Virus record (IMG/VR): IMGVR_UViG_3300028394_002801
Span: 46,396-110,395 of that record
Direction: 5' to 3' (one strand)
Source: a virus
Length of the DNA stretch: 64,000 nucleotides
The translations under genes were made by a program, and so were the position numbers. Positions 1-9,944 of the stretch are shown one piece after another (position 1 is the stretch's first letter; each line of letters begins with the position of its first letter). The notes under the pieces are model-generated. The model did not search any database and was not told the origin of the DNA. It saw only the letters and a program-made list of their open reading frames with translations.

Positions 1-2938
1 ACTGTTGGCGGACTATCTGGTCATTTTGTTCAAAAAGTAGCCTCACAGCGACCGCGGAGATTAATTTACGTGCTTGCAATAACAACCTACGAACGTTAAT
101 TCTATTTAATGCTGATTCTCTAACTTGCAAAGTTTTATTTCCCCAAATTACAGTATTCACATCAGAGAATGTTGCAATTGGATTTATTCTTCCTTGATAT
201 AAAGTATCTCTATCATCTTGTGTTAATTTTAATCTTGCTTTAACTGAATTAACCAATCCTCTATTATAACCTGCTGATGCAAACCAAGGGAATGCTACGT
301 TATCAGTTAATGCCAAATTTCTACAAACTTCTGCTGTTGGTGGAATATATACTTGGGTATTATTCACTTGGTCTCTAACCAAAATCCAAGGATAATATGT
401 TGCAGTATAATTTGAATCAATATTTGTTTCCTCCAAAGAAACAATTGATTCTTGGGGATAAATAACATTATTCACATCAGTTGTTAATAAATTTGCATCA
501 GGTGTTGTAACAATATAAATTGAATCTGCTCTATCGCTTTCAATCATATCAATTGCATTTTCAACCAAGTTGCTATTATTAATATAATCAATACCTGGTG
601 TAACAAAAATATTTATATTTGTTGATTCTGGATTTTGATATGTTAAAATTCCCTTTAAATATGCATAATAATCTGTTGTTGCAAATTCAATTGAACCATC
701 ACCATCTGTAATTTGTTTAAATGTTCCTTGTCCTGTTGCCGCTACATATTTGCCAGATACAGATAATGCACCTCTCATATAATCAATACCTCCAATTTGG
801 TATGAATCACCATTTGTTCTTCTTTCAGAATAAACATCCCATCCATCAAAACCACCCTCAAATAATAAGGTGAATTTTCTTGAATATAAGTAATAATATG
901 GATTTGAATTTGTTTCTGGTTCTGAATTAAAACTTCCACTACCAACCTCAAATGCTGTTTGACCACTTGTTGTATAACTATTTGCTATTGTAACAATTGT
1001 TGCACCTGAATCCATATGGAAACCTTTTGTCACCACATTCCATTCTGAACCATCAGAAATAATGCTTGCTGGATTTTGTTTACCCTTATAGTTTAATAAA
1101 GAATTATCATATCCATAATTTGTTGAAAATCCAAGATATGTTCTTTTTACATTATCAGCGGCTACAGCATTTGATGCTGCAAATGGTTCATTATTAACAA
1201 CCTCATTATTATAATAATATTTTGTCTTATATAATAAATTTGGTGTTAATGCACTACCATACTTTCTATGGGGATAACCCATAAATCCACAAGGAATTGC
1301 ATCAAATGGAAATTCATCACCCATTTCAAGCATAATGTATTTTGAAACCAAATTATATTTGCCATCACTTGTTCCAATCTTCTTTCCAACAAAACTATTT
1401 TGTGTTTCATCTAATGTGCAATTTGTATATTTTTCCAACACAACTGGCGCTGAATCTGAATCATAATAACTTCTAACCAATACATCAAATGTTCTATTCT
1501 TAAATGACATATTAACAATTGAAGCCTTAACTTCAGTATTTGCTGAATTTCCATCAGATATTGAAATGAATTTGAATAAGTTATAAACTTTATTTCCTCT
1601 CAATTCAGAAACAACAAATGGTGTTTTTGGTGATTGATATTTTTCAAGATACCATCCAATTGATGTACCACTACCACTTCTTGCTGATGGCAAATAAGTT
1701 AAAGTTTGTTTTAATCCTCTAATATAACCAAGTCTATATGCTTGATTTAATAATGTTGGATAATGTTCTTCAACAAATATTGGGACATCATTCCTATCTT
1801 TCCCAAAATTATCAACACCCAATACATTTGCAATATAATTTGAATTGGTATTTTTTAATGATACATTAAATGTGTAATTAGTGTTTGATGTTGTTTTTCC
1901 ACTTAAAACAAAATTACCAAATGGTGTCTCACTTATAGTTGTACTATTAGCTGTATCAATAGTTAATGCACTTAAACTATAAAGTTGACCATGATCGGTT
2001 GATGAATAATTTGTGATACCTCTTGACCTAATTGTTGCAACAACCATATCATTATAATCTGTATATGCTGTTCCAGTAAATGTATAAGTGTTACCAGTTA
2101 CTGTTCCAGTGAATGCGCCACTTGATACATTAAAACTAGATGTGTTGTAATAAAATGAATAACCTGTATAATCATTCCCAGAATTAGCAAATGTTGCATA
2201 ATACCAAAAATCATTTTCATTTGCTGGCTTACCATTACTACCCAAAGATACAGTTGTTCCAAAATAATTATATTCAGTTAATCCTGACTTTGTTGATCCT
2301 GTGATTGAATTATACACAGATACTGGTAATGAACCATAAGTTGATGTTTGACCAGTTAATGAAGTTGATAAAGCCACATCATTTGCAAATGTCTTTAAAT
2401 CATCATAGAATGTTGATGTTGAACCATTGCTTGCTGTATAAGTATCACCAGAAAATAATGCTGCACTTATACCATTTGGATATGTAGCACTTGTTATTAC
2501 AAATGTTCCAGTTGTTCCAGTTGTTCCAGTAAATACTATTGAGATAGATGGACCAACACCAGTTCCACCGGTTAAACCAACAGTTGAATGATTAACATTT
2601 GCAATTGTTGTTATTGACCAAGATGGACCAGCATCATAACCAGATAGTCCCAATACCCTTGTAACATACATTTGATTTGATTGTTGCAAATATGACTTGG
2701 CAATATATGCAGATTCATATTTTGGTATCTGTGTGTTTATATATTTTTCAGGTGATGTTCCACCAAAATAAGTTTGAAATTCATCATAACTTGTAATGAA
2801 TATAGGCTCAAATGCGGGGCCTTTGATCGTCTCACCGACCATTCCCAGTGTGGTTACACCAATACTCTGTGAAACAAAACTTAAATCTGTTTCAGAGGTA
2901 TATACACCAGGAGATACGAATACTTTTTCATTTGCCAT
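1..2938 (-). CDS. Contractile tail sheath protein (3' end runs off the window; missing from the ORF track)
   Basis: Hand translation from ATG at 2938: MANEKVFVSPGVYTSETDLSFV...GETIKGPAFEP; near position 1 the same frame reads WFASAGYNRG...RDTLYQGRINPIATF...IWGNKTLQVRESALNRINVRRLL. These are classic sheath N- and C-terminal motifs. Confidence 0.93.
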   Translation of the reverse strand, partial: MANEKVFVSPGVYTSETDLSFVSQSIGVTTLGMVGETIKGPAFEPIFITSYDEFQTYFGGTSPEKYINTQIPKYESAYIAKSYLQQSNQMYVTRVLGLSGYDAGPSWSITTIANVNHSTVGLTGGTGVGPSISIVFTGTTGTTGTFVITSATYPNGISAALFSGDTYTASNGSTSTFYDDLKTFANDVALSTSLTGQTSTYGSLPVSVYNSITGSTKSGLTEYNYFGTTVSLGSNGKPANENDFWYYATFANSGNDYTGYSFYYNTSSFNVSSGAFTGTVTGNTYTFTGTAYTDYNDMVVATIRSRGITNYSSTDHGQLYSLSALTIDTANSTTISETPFGNFVLSGKTTSNTNYTFNVSLKNTNSNYIANVLGVDNFGKDRNDVPIFVEEHYPTLLNQAYRLGYIRGLKQTLTYLPSARSGSGTSIGWYLEKYQSPKTPFVVSELRGNKVYNLFKFISISDGNSANTEVKASIVNMSFKNRTFDVLVRSYYDSDSAPVVLEKYTNCTLDETQNSFVGKKIGTSDGKYNLVSKYIMLEMGDEFPFDAIPCGFMGYPHRKYGSALTPNLLYKTKYYYNNEVVNNEPFAASNAVAADNVKRTYLGFSTNYGYDNSLLNYKGKQNPASIISDGSEWNVVTKGFHMDSGATIVTIANSYTTSGQTAFEVGSGSFNSEPETNSNPYYYLYSRKFTLLFEGGFDGWDVYSERRTNGDSYQIGGIDYMRGALSVSGKYVAATGQGTFKQITDGDGSIEFATTDYYAYLKGILTYQNPESTNINIFVTPGIDYINNSNLVENAIDMIESDRADSIYIVTTPDANLLTTDVNNVIYPQESIVSLEETNIDSNYTATYYPWILVRDQVNNTQVYIPPTAEVCRNLALTDNVAFPWFASAGYNRGLVNSVKARLKLTQDDRDTLYQGRINPIATFSDVNTVIWGNKTLQVRESALNRINVRRLLLQARKLISAVAVRLLFEQNDQIVRQQ

Positions 2939-2958
2939 TATTATTTTTTATTTATTCA

Positions 2959-2968
2959 TATAAATATC
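2959..2968 (-). promoter_or_regulatory. Putative late promoter motif GATATTTATA upstream of the sheath gene
   Basis: The same motif recurs upstream of many structural genes in the window. Confidence 0.55.
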
Positions 2969-2998
2969 TAAAAAATAATCAAAAACCATTATTGAGTT

Positions 2999-3829
2999 TT
3001 AATCTTTAATACAACGTACTGAAAGTCCATATCTTTCATCAAATGTATCAGGATAAGTTATTGTACTAGGATTTGATGCAAATGCATCAATTTGAATTGC
3101 TGTACGATCAGATGTTGTCCAAAAATAATTTTGAAATTTGAGTCCAGAGGAATCCCCAGTTTTGGATCTATTATCAGAACCTAAAGAATTAAACCCACTT
3201 GTATTAGTCCCCAATGGGGCTGCAACATACCAATAAGTTGTTCCTGGATGTCTTGCAGCAAGAGTAGTGCCAATATTTGCTATAAAAGTGTTTGCTTCAC
3301 TTAATGTTGGAATATGCCAACCTGCTGGGCATAAAGTACTTCCTGAGGTGCTTCCAGTTACAGCATATTGGTTATATAATAAACCCTCAATTGCTTTACT
3401 ATTAGAATCATCATGAACATATGCCCAATATTTACTTGACGTATTATTTGCATTTGACCAAGCGGTATTATCAACTTGTGTTGTATTGTCTAATAGTGTA
3501 CCATCTCTAAATTTTGTTGTCCTTAAACTTTCTGACATCCAAACTTGATTACCAATCTTAATTGTTCTATATCTATTACCATCACCATCTGGTGGTGTTA
3601 ATTGTGAAGCTGTACATATCTTATTTGATAACCCAGGAAATTGACAAGAAAATGTACCATACTCATTACTTATAGTTGCTGATGAATATGTGAAAGGCAT
3701 TGTCTGTGTGCCTACATTTATAGTTGTGCCAGATGGATGATTATAAGGTATTGTATACCCTGTTGCCGCATATATTGAAACATTTGCTGTCTGACCGCTA
3801 TAATTTATTGAACTTACTTGAATTGCCAT
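2999..3829 (-). CDS. Virion-associated protein with C-terminal FISUMP (Fib_succ_major) domain
   Basis: DGDGNRYRTIKIGNQVWMSESL...GLLYN...LCPAGWHIPT...GLSVRCIKD matches the Fibrobacter succinogenes major paralogous domain pattern. Confidence 0.8.
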   Translation of the reverse strand: MAIQVSSINYSGQTANVSIYAATGYTIPYNHPSGTTINVGTQTMPFTYSSATISNEYGTFSCQFPGLSNKICTASQLTPPDGDGNRYRTIKIGNQVWMSESLRTTKFRDGTLLDNTTQVDNTAWSNANNTSSKYWAYVHDDSNSKAIEGLLYNQYAVTGSTSGSTLCPAGWHIPTLSEANTFIANIGTTLAARHPGTTYWYVAAPLGTNTSGFNSLGSDNRSKTGDSSGLKFQNYFWTTSDRTAIQIDAFASNPSTITYPDTFDERYGLSVRCIKD

Positions 3830-3856
3830 TTTTTATAAAATTTATTTTTAATTATA

Positions 3857-4363
3857 TTAACTTATTTTAAGATATGCCCAAGTTACTACTTGTGATGTAT
3901 TAGTATTATTGGTTATAGTAAATTTAAATACATTTGTATTAGTTGGAAATGGATTGTAGGTAATAATACTGCCTGGTGTTCCTATTATTTGAGCAGGTAT
4001 GTTCTCAAATCTTAATTTATTACCTGTACTATTATACCAAGCTCGTTGATCACCTATTACAGGCACATTTGTGTTTGATAAGGTTACAAATCCATTCCAT
4101 TTAATAATACCTTGACCATCTGAAGTAATTCCAATTACTGACATCATATATGATGCAGATGAATTAGTTGTAAAACTATATTCATTACTAGAATTTGAAG
4201 GTAAAGTCCAAGTTCCTGTCTCTGGTGCTAATAATACAGGACCAAGTAATGATTCTCTTGTAATTTTAAATGATTCTGCATTTGAACTATTATTCATAAC
4301 AAGATAAGTACCTGTAGGGCTACCTGTAAATGTTGGTAATTCACTTATTTTTCTATTTGCCAT
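3857..4363 (-). CDS. Putative virion/fibre-associated protein, paralog 3 of a tandem trio
   Basis: MANRKISELPT N-terminus; aligns end to end with the next two ORFs; lies in the structural operon. Confidence 0.6.
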   Translation of the reverse strand: MANRKISELPTFTGSPTGTYLVMNNSSNAESFKITRESLLGPVLLAPETGTWTLPSNSSNEYSFTTNSSASYMMSVIGITSDGQGIIKWNGFVTLSNTNVPVIGDQRAWYNSTGNKLRFENIPAQIIGTPGSIITYNPFPTNTNVFKFTITNNTNTSQVVTWAYLKIS

Positions 4364-4364
4364 A

Positions 4365-4868
4365 TTAATTTGTTTTAAAATACGTGTAATTCACAACTTG
4401 TGGTGAACCGCTACTATTGCCAAACTGAAATTGAAATACACGTGAATCAGAAACAGCTGGGGAAGTATCAATTCTAGTGCCTGCAATTCCAACTATCTGA
4501 CTAGGAATTGAAACAATATTTATAGGAGTTCCTCCTCCATTATAAACCCATGCATATTGCATACCTAATGCGGCTACATTTGTGTTTGATAGTGTTACTC
4601 GAGCAAACCAAACAATAATACCATTTGGAATACTTCCTACTACTGACATAACATATGATGATTGAGCTGAAGGAACTGTAAAACTATAAGTATTTACACC
4701 CGCACTTAAAGTCCAACTTCCTAAGGTTGCTGGTGATAATAACCCACTAAGGAATGTTTCTTTTGTAACTTTAAATGATTCAGTTAAGCTACTATTATCC
4801 ATAACAATATAAGCACCTGTAGTACTACCTGTATATGTTGGTAATTCACTTATTTTTATATTTGCCAT
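4365..4868 (-). CDS. Putative virion/fibre-associated protein, paralog 2 of a tandem trio
   Basis: MANIKISELPT...PNGII...LSNTNV...QYAW shared with its neighbours. Confidence 0.6.
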   Translation of the reverse strand: MANIKISELPTYTGSTTGAYIVMDNSSLTESFKVTKETFLSGLLSPATLGSWTLSAGVNTYSFTVPSAQSSYVMSVVGSIPNGIIVWFARVTLSNTNVAALGMQYAWVYNGGGTPINIVSIPSQIVGIAGTRIDTSPAVSDSRVFQFQFGNSSGSPQVVNYTYFKTN

Positions 4869-4869
4869 A

Positions 4870-5373
4870 TTAACTTATTTTAAGCCATGCATAATTCACA
4901 ACTTGTGATGAACCACTATTATTGGTTATACCAAAATCAAATCTATTTGTAGTAACAGAAGGTGAGACTGAGCTGGCTAAAATAGTACCTTCTGTCCCAA
5001 TAAACTGATTAGGAAGTGAAGTAAAAAATATAGGACTTCCTCCATTAGTATAATACCATGCATATTGCGTACCTACTACGGGTACATTTGGGTTTGATAT
5101 TACTGCTTCAGCAATATAACTCAAAATACCATTTGGAATATTTGCAAATACTGAAATAAAATATGATTCATTTGCATCAAGTGTGAGACTAACAGTATTT
5201 GCACCTGTATTTACAGTCCAACTTCCTCTTGTTGGTTCGGGTAGTAATGTACCAGTAAATATTTCTTTTGTAACTTTAAATGTTTCAGTTAACGCACTAT
5301 TATCCATAACAAGAAAAGCGCCTGTAGTATCACCTGTAAATGTTGATAATTGACTTACTTTTTTATTTGCCAT
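4870..5373 (-). CDS. Putative virion/fibre-associated protein, paralog 1 of a tandem trio
   Basis: MANKKVSQLST...PNGIL...SNPNVPVVGTQYAW shared with its neighbours. Confidence 0.6.
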   Translation of the reverse strand: MANKKVSQLSTFTGDTTGAFLVMDNSALTETFKVTKEIFTGTLLPEPTRGSWTVNTGANTVSLTLDANESYFISVFANIPNGILSYIAEAVISNPNVPVVGTQYAWYYTNGGSPIFFTSLPNQFIGTEGTILASSVSPSVTTNRFDFGITNNSGSSQVVNYAWLKIS

Positions 5374-5385
5374 TTTTATTTTATT

Positions 5386-8300
5386 TTATAATCCATATTT
5401 CTCTTTATCTGCGTTATAGTTTTGTAATACTTCAGCATCACTTAATGTTGTGTTGTATAAACGAGTAATGCCAATTCTTCCAGCATAATATTGATTAAGT
5501 TCTCCACCATTATAACTACCTATGTATAATGGATTAGTTGTATTTAATGTAGTTCCAAAAATATTTGCATTACTTCCCCAAAACGATCCATTTATATATG
5601 TTCTAATTGTATTAAGTGGGTTGCTAAATACATAAACTAATTGATACCATGTATTAAGTGTTCCATTAAAGTTAGTACCTATAGCAACTCCAGTACTCCC
5701 GGGGCTAAATTGGGCATTATTTCCAGTAGCAGTATTTACCTTAATAGCATAACTCACATCAATATTTGCTCCTCCAGTACGGAATTTTCCAAGTATAACT
5801 TTTTGAGTACCACTACTTGTCTGATAAACCCATGCTTCCATAGTCCAACTTCCACTTCCTGGTTCTAATACTGCATTATCAGCAACACTAATTTGTGATG
5901 AAGTTCCATTATATTCAAAATATGGGTATGTATATGTAATAGCCGACATTTGACCAACTAATCCATTTGGTGATAAATCATTTATTACTGTACTATGTCT
6001 ATTATAAGAATCTAAATTACTTGGGTCAAAGTGTAATACAAGATTGGCTGTTACAGCAGTAATAGCATTAAAAGTAATATTATCACCAGCTTCAGTATTT
6101 GCAAAATCTAAATCCTCCCAATATAAATAGTTACGATCAGGTACAGTAGGTGTAGGTGTTGGTGTTAGTGTTGGTGTTATTGTTTGAGTTGGTGTTATTG
6201 TTGGTGTTGGTGTTTCTGTTTGAGTTGGTGTTATAGTTTGAGTTGGTGTAATAGTGCTTGTAGGTGTTTCTGTTGGTGTTGGCGTTTCTGTTTGGGTTGG
6301 TGTAATAGTGCTTGTAGGCGTTTCTGTTTGAGTTGGTGTAATAGTATTAGTTGGTGTTGGTGTTAGTGTTGGTGTTATTGTTTGAGTTGGTGTTATTGTT
6401 GGTGTTGGTGTTTCTGTTTGAGTTGGTGTTTCTGTTTGAGTTGGAGTAATAGTGCTTGTAGGTGTTTCTGTTGGTGTTGGAGTTTCTGTTTGTGTTGGTG
6501 TTGGCGTTTCTGTTTGAGTTGGTGTTTCTGTTGGTGTTGGAGTTTCTGTTTGGGTTGGTGTTATAGTTTGAGTTGGTGTTATAGTTTGAGTTGGTGTTTC
6601 TGTTTGAGTTGGAGTTTCTGTTTGGGTTGGTGTTATAGTTTGAGTTGGTGTTATAGTTTGAGTTGGTGTTTCTGTTGGTGTTGGTGTTTCTGTTGGTGTT
6701 GGTGTTTCTGTTTGGGTTGGTGTTTCTGTTTGGGTTGGTGTTATAGTTTGAGTTGGCGTTTCTGTTGGTGTTGGAGTTTCTGTTTGAGTTGGTGTAATAG
6801 TATTAGTTGGAGTTTCTGTTTGAGTTGGTGTAATAGTATTAGTTGGAGTTTCTGTTGGTGTTGGAGTTTCTGTTTGAGTTGGAGTTTCTGTTGGTGTTGG
6901 CGTTTCTGTTTGAGTTGGTGTAATAGTATTAGTTGGAGTTTCTGTTGGTGTTGGAGTTTCTGTTTGAGTTGGAGTTTCTGTTGGTGTTGGCGTTTCTGTT
7001 TGAGTTGGTGTAATAGTTTGAGTTGGCGTTTCTGTTTGAGTTGGAGTTTCTGTTTGAGTTGGAGTTTCTGTTGGCGTTGGTGTTTCTGTTGGTGTAATAG
7101 TGCTGGTTGGTGTTTCTGTGTTAGTAGGAGTTATAGTTTGAGTTGGTGTTTCTGTTGGTGTTGGCGTTTCTGTTTGAGTTGGTGTAATAGTTTGAGTTGG
7201 TGTAATAGTTTGAGTTGGTGTTGGAGTTTCTGTTTGAGTTGGTGTAATAGTTTGAGTTGGAGTAATAGTGCTTGTAGGTGTTTCTGTTGGTGTTGGTGTT
7301 TCTGTTTGAGTTGGAGTTTCTGTTTGAGTTGGCGTAATAGTTTGAGTTGGTGTTTTGGTTGGTGTAATAGTGCTGGTTGGTGTAATAGTGCTGGTTGGTG
7401 TAATAGTTTGAGTTGGTGTTTCAGTTGGTGTTGGTGTTTCTGTTTGAGTTGGTGTTATTGTTGGTGTAATAGTGTTTGTAGGTGTTATTGTGTTAGTAGG
7501 TGTTATTGTGTTAGTAGGTGTTTCTGTTGGTGTTGGCGTTTCTGTTTGGGTTGGAGTTTCTGTTTGAGTTGGAGTAATAGTTTGAGTTGGTGTAATAGTG
7601 TTGGTTGGCGTTTCTGTTGGTGTTGGAGTTTCTGTTTGAGTTGGAGTTTCTGTTGGTGTAATAGTGTTGGTTGGTGTAATAGTGTTGGTTGGTGTAATAG
7701 TGTTGGTAGGAGTAACTGTATTGGTTGGTGTTTCTGTTACTGTTGGTGTAATAGTTTGAGTTGGTGTTTCTGTTTGAGTTGGTGTAATACTGTTAGTAGG
7801 AGTTATTGTTTGAGTTGGCGATACTGTTGGTGTAATAGTGTTGGTTGGTGTTATAGTGTTGGTTGGTGTGATTGTGTTGGTTGGTGTTTCTGTAACTGTT
7901 GGTGTGATTGTTTTTGTAGGTGTAATTGTCTTGGTAGGCGTAATTGTGTTAGTAGGTGTAATTGTATTGGTTGGTGTTTCTGTTACTGTTGGTGTAATAG
8001 TTGGTGTAATAGTTTTAGTTGGTGTAATAGTTGGTGTAATAGTTGGTGTAATTGACCTAGTTGGAGTAATAGTTGGTGTAATTGTTCTTGTTGGTGTAAT
8101 AGTGCTAGTAGGAGTCACAGTTTGAGTTGGCGTTGGTGTTGGTGTTGGATCAACTCCTTCTGGAATAATTAAATCATAAGTTGTAAGGTAACTTGGAATA
8201 TATAAACTATATATTCCACTTATCCTATCTGTTTCAGGTCTTGGCTCAACATCAAAAGGTATAGTCTTCTCACCAAGATTATATGTCACACCATTTTGCA

Positions 8301-9168
8301 ATAATGATACAAATGCTTGCTCTCCATTTAAATTTACACTTGATATTCTTATTCTTATTCTATAAGTCAAATCATTTACTGGAATTGGGTCATTTAATTG
8401 TATTTTTGGTACTGAATTTACCAATTCTGTTTCAAAAACTTGACTAATTCTATTTATTGCAGGTTTAACCTCAAATTCTTTTTCATCAATCAAAAACCCA
8501 AGCATTGTAAAATCATATGATTGAATATAAAATTTTCTGCTATCTGTGTTAATTTGAGATTCATCTTGAACATTTGTTAATAATATTGGTATATAATGTC
8601 CATTTATGGTTGTATATGATTGTCTTGATGAGAACTTTTGCAATACTTTTGTATTAAAATTATTCAAATCTCTAATCCTATTTGTGATTATCTTAACACT
8701 AAAATTAATGTCTATTGGTACTGGTTGTGGAATTGAGTAAATATCTGTGCCATTTCTTTGACCATCCCAAGTTGGCACACTTGCAAAATAAAATGGTTTT
8801 CTATCTGGTATATTATAAAGTGTTGCTGGATTTGATCCATATTTTGTATCATTCATCCTAACCAATGTAACAAATGGTGGGAGCGGATTATTATCTTCAT
8901 CAATAAATGTCCATGTTTCTGTATATTGCGACCAGTTCTGTGTGCTAACTATTCTATCTAATGTTTGTATTATTTTTCCTTCTGATGTGATTTCCAAATC
9001 ATTTTTAACAAAATCAAGCATCCCCCTATCCAAGTCATCATGTAATAATGATTTTGGCAAATAAGTCCCATCTTTAGTTATATTATCCAATAACTCCTGC
9101 CTTCTTTCAAAGAGGATTTTTTCATTAGCGATATCCAAATCTGTTTTTATATTTTTGGGTAATGGCAT
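5386..9168 (-). CDS. Neck/tail-completion-like protein fused to a Thr-Pro mucin-like stalk and a C-terminal LamG/concanavalin-A lectin-like domain
   Basis: The N-terminal ~250 aa globular domain sits between the gp14-like gene and the sheath, so gp15-like by context. It is followed by ~670 aa of TPTxTx repeats and a C-terminal WTMEAWV...WYQLVYV...TYING...LYIG...YNTTLS LamG pattern. Confidence 0.7.
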   Translation of the reverse strand: MPLPKNIKTDLDIANEKILFERRQELLDNITKDGTYLPKSLLHDDLDRGMLDFVKNDLEITSEGKIIQTLDRIVSTQNWSQYTETWTFIDEDNNPLPPFVTLVRMNDTKYGSNPATLYNIPDRKPFYFASVPTWDGQRNGTDIYSIPQPVPIDINFSVKIITNRIRDLNNFNTKVLQKFSSRQSYTTINGHYIPILLTNVQDESQINTDSRKFYIQSYDFTMLGFLIDEKEFEVKPAINRISQVFETELVNSVPKIQLNDPIPVNDLTYRIRIRISSVNLNGEQAFVSLLQNGVTYNLGEKTIPFDVEPRPETDRISGIYSLYIPSYLTTYDLIIPEGVDPTPTPTPTQTVTPTSTITPTRTITPTITPTRSITPTITPTITPTKTITPTITPTVTETPTNTITPTNTITPTKTITPTKTITPTVTETPTNTITPTNTITPTNTITPTVSPTQTITPTNSITPTQTETPTQTITPTVTETPTNTVTPTNTITPTNTITPTNTITPTETPTQTETPTPTETPTNTITPTQTITPTQTETPTQTETPTPTETPTNTITPTNTITPTNTITPTITPTQTETPTPTETPTQTITPTSTITPTSTITPTKTPTQTITPTQTETPTQTETPTPTETPTSTITPTQTITPTQTETPTPTQTITPTQTITPTQTETPTPTETPTQTITPTNTETPTSTITPTETPTPTETPTQTETPTQTETPTQTITPTQTETPTPTETPTQTETPTPTETPTNTITPTQTETPTPTETPTQTETPTPTETPTNTITPTQTETPTNTITPTQTETPTPTETPTQTITPTQTETPTQTETPTPTETPTPTETPTQTITPTQTITPTQTETPTQTETPTQTITPTQTITPTQTETPTPTETPTQTETPTPTQTETPTPTETPTSTITPTQTETPTQTETPTPTITPTQTITPTLTPTPTNTITPTQTETPTSTITPTQTETPTPTETPTSTITPTQTITPTQTETPTPTITPTQTITPTLTPTPTPTVPDRNYLYWEDLDFANTEAGDNITFNAITAVTANLVLHFDPSNLDSYNRHSTVINDLSPNGLVGQMSAITYTYPYFEYNGTSSQISVADNAVLEPGSGSWTMEAWVYQTSSGTQKVILGKFRTGGANIDVSYAIKVNTATGNNAQFSPGSTGVAIGTNFNGTLNTWYQLVYVFSNPLNTIRTYINGSFWGSNANIFGTTLNTTNPLYIGSYNGGELNQYYAGRIGITRLYNTTLSDAEVLQNYNADKEKYGL
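6140..8148 (-). repeat. Coding tandem repeat, 18-bp/6-aa unit TPT(Q/P/N/S/K)T(E/I)
   Basis: Directly visible repeats such as tgtttgagttggtgtttc / ggtgtaatag. Confidence 0.95.
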
Positions 9169-9169
9169 A

Positions 9170-9343
9170 TTATTTCTTTAATTTAACTTCATTATTATGC
9201 CAACATTTATGGCATATATAAGGATCATCACCACCTTCTGATAATTTCCAAGACCAACCACAGTTATCACAAATAACTTTCTTTTTTGTTACAATTTCAA
9301 TAATTCTATTTAATTGTGTTTCTGTTATATGTAATTTTCTCAT
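9170..9343 (-). CDS. Small Zn-ribbon protein, 57 aa (below the ORF-track cutoff)
   Basis: Hand translation [57 protein letters not shown]. It has CxxC...CxxC and fills the gap exactly, overlapping the upstream stop. Confidence 0.75.
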   Translation of the reverse strand: MRKLHITETQLNRIIEIVTKKKVICDNCGWSWKLSEGGDDPYICHKCWHNNEVKLKK

Positions 9344-9852
9344 AATCCTCTAAATTCATCTTTATTTACAAATGTTGCAACAACTGACCTATAAAATGGT
9401 TTATAACCTCCATAAGTGTGTTTATTATCCATATTTACAATTCCATCATCAATAACAGAATAATATCTAACCTTATTTTCTGTAACATAATATCCCAAAT
9501 AATCACCTTTCAATAGTTCAACATTAAGGTCATCAAGTTGTTTTTGGTAAAATGAGAATTTCATATTCCCAGGTTCTTTCTGTTCAACTTTGGAATTTCC
9601 AAGTTGCTTTAGTGTTGATTCGGTAATTTGAACAACACCTTTAACTTCAATGGGTGGCATAAAAACAATTCCATCTTTTGGTGCTTCACCATATATATCA
9701 TCTTTTATTGTTCTCTTTCTGTCTATTCTATACAATACAACGCTCATATTTAAGTCATCACCCAGATATTCCATTCCCATTTCAATATCCAGATTAAAAT
9801 CTTCTTCTCCAAAAAACTTACCAATCCTTGATATTGGAACTAATTTTCCCAT
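9340..9852 (-). CDS. Head-closure/neck protein (T4 gp14-like)
   Basis: VVLYRID...DDIYGEA...PPIEVKG pattern, size and structural context. Confidence 0.6.
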   Translation of the reverse strand: MGKLVPISRIGKFFGEEDFNLDIEMGMEYLGDDLNMSVVLYRIDRKRTIKDDIYGEAPKDGIVFMPPIEVKGVVQITESTLKQLGNSKVEQKEPGNMKFSFYQKQLDDLNVELLKGDYLGYYVTENKVRYYSVIDDGIVNMDNKHTYGGYKPFYRSVVATFVNKDEFRGL

Positions 9853-9944
9853 TGTTTTTATTTATAATATATATAAATATATAGGAAGTATTAAATTGAT
9901 AATTAGTTTGATTTTTATTATATTTAAAATAATGTAAATTACTT

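Noticed and set aside
2999-3829. Diversity-generating retroelement targeting the FISUMP gene or the LRRs
   Set aside because: No reverse transcriptase and no template repeat with adenine-only mismatches were seen in the window; one could exist elsewhere in the genome.
6184-8125. Long plus-strand Cys/Trp-rich and Val/Gly-rich ORFs
   Set aside because: They are antisense shadows of the TPT repeat, which lacks stops in those frames.
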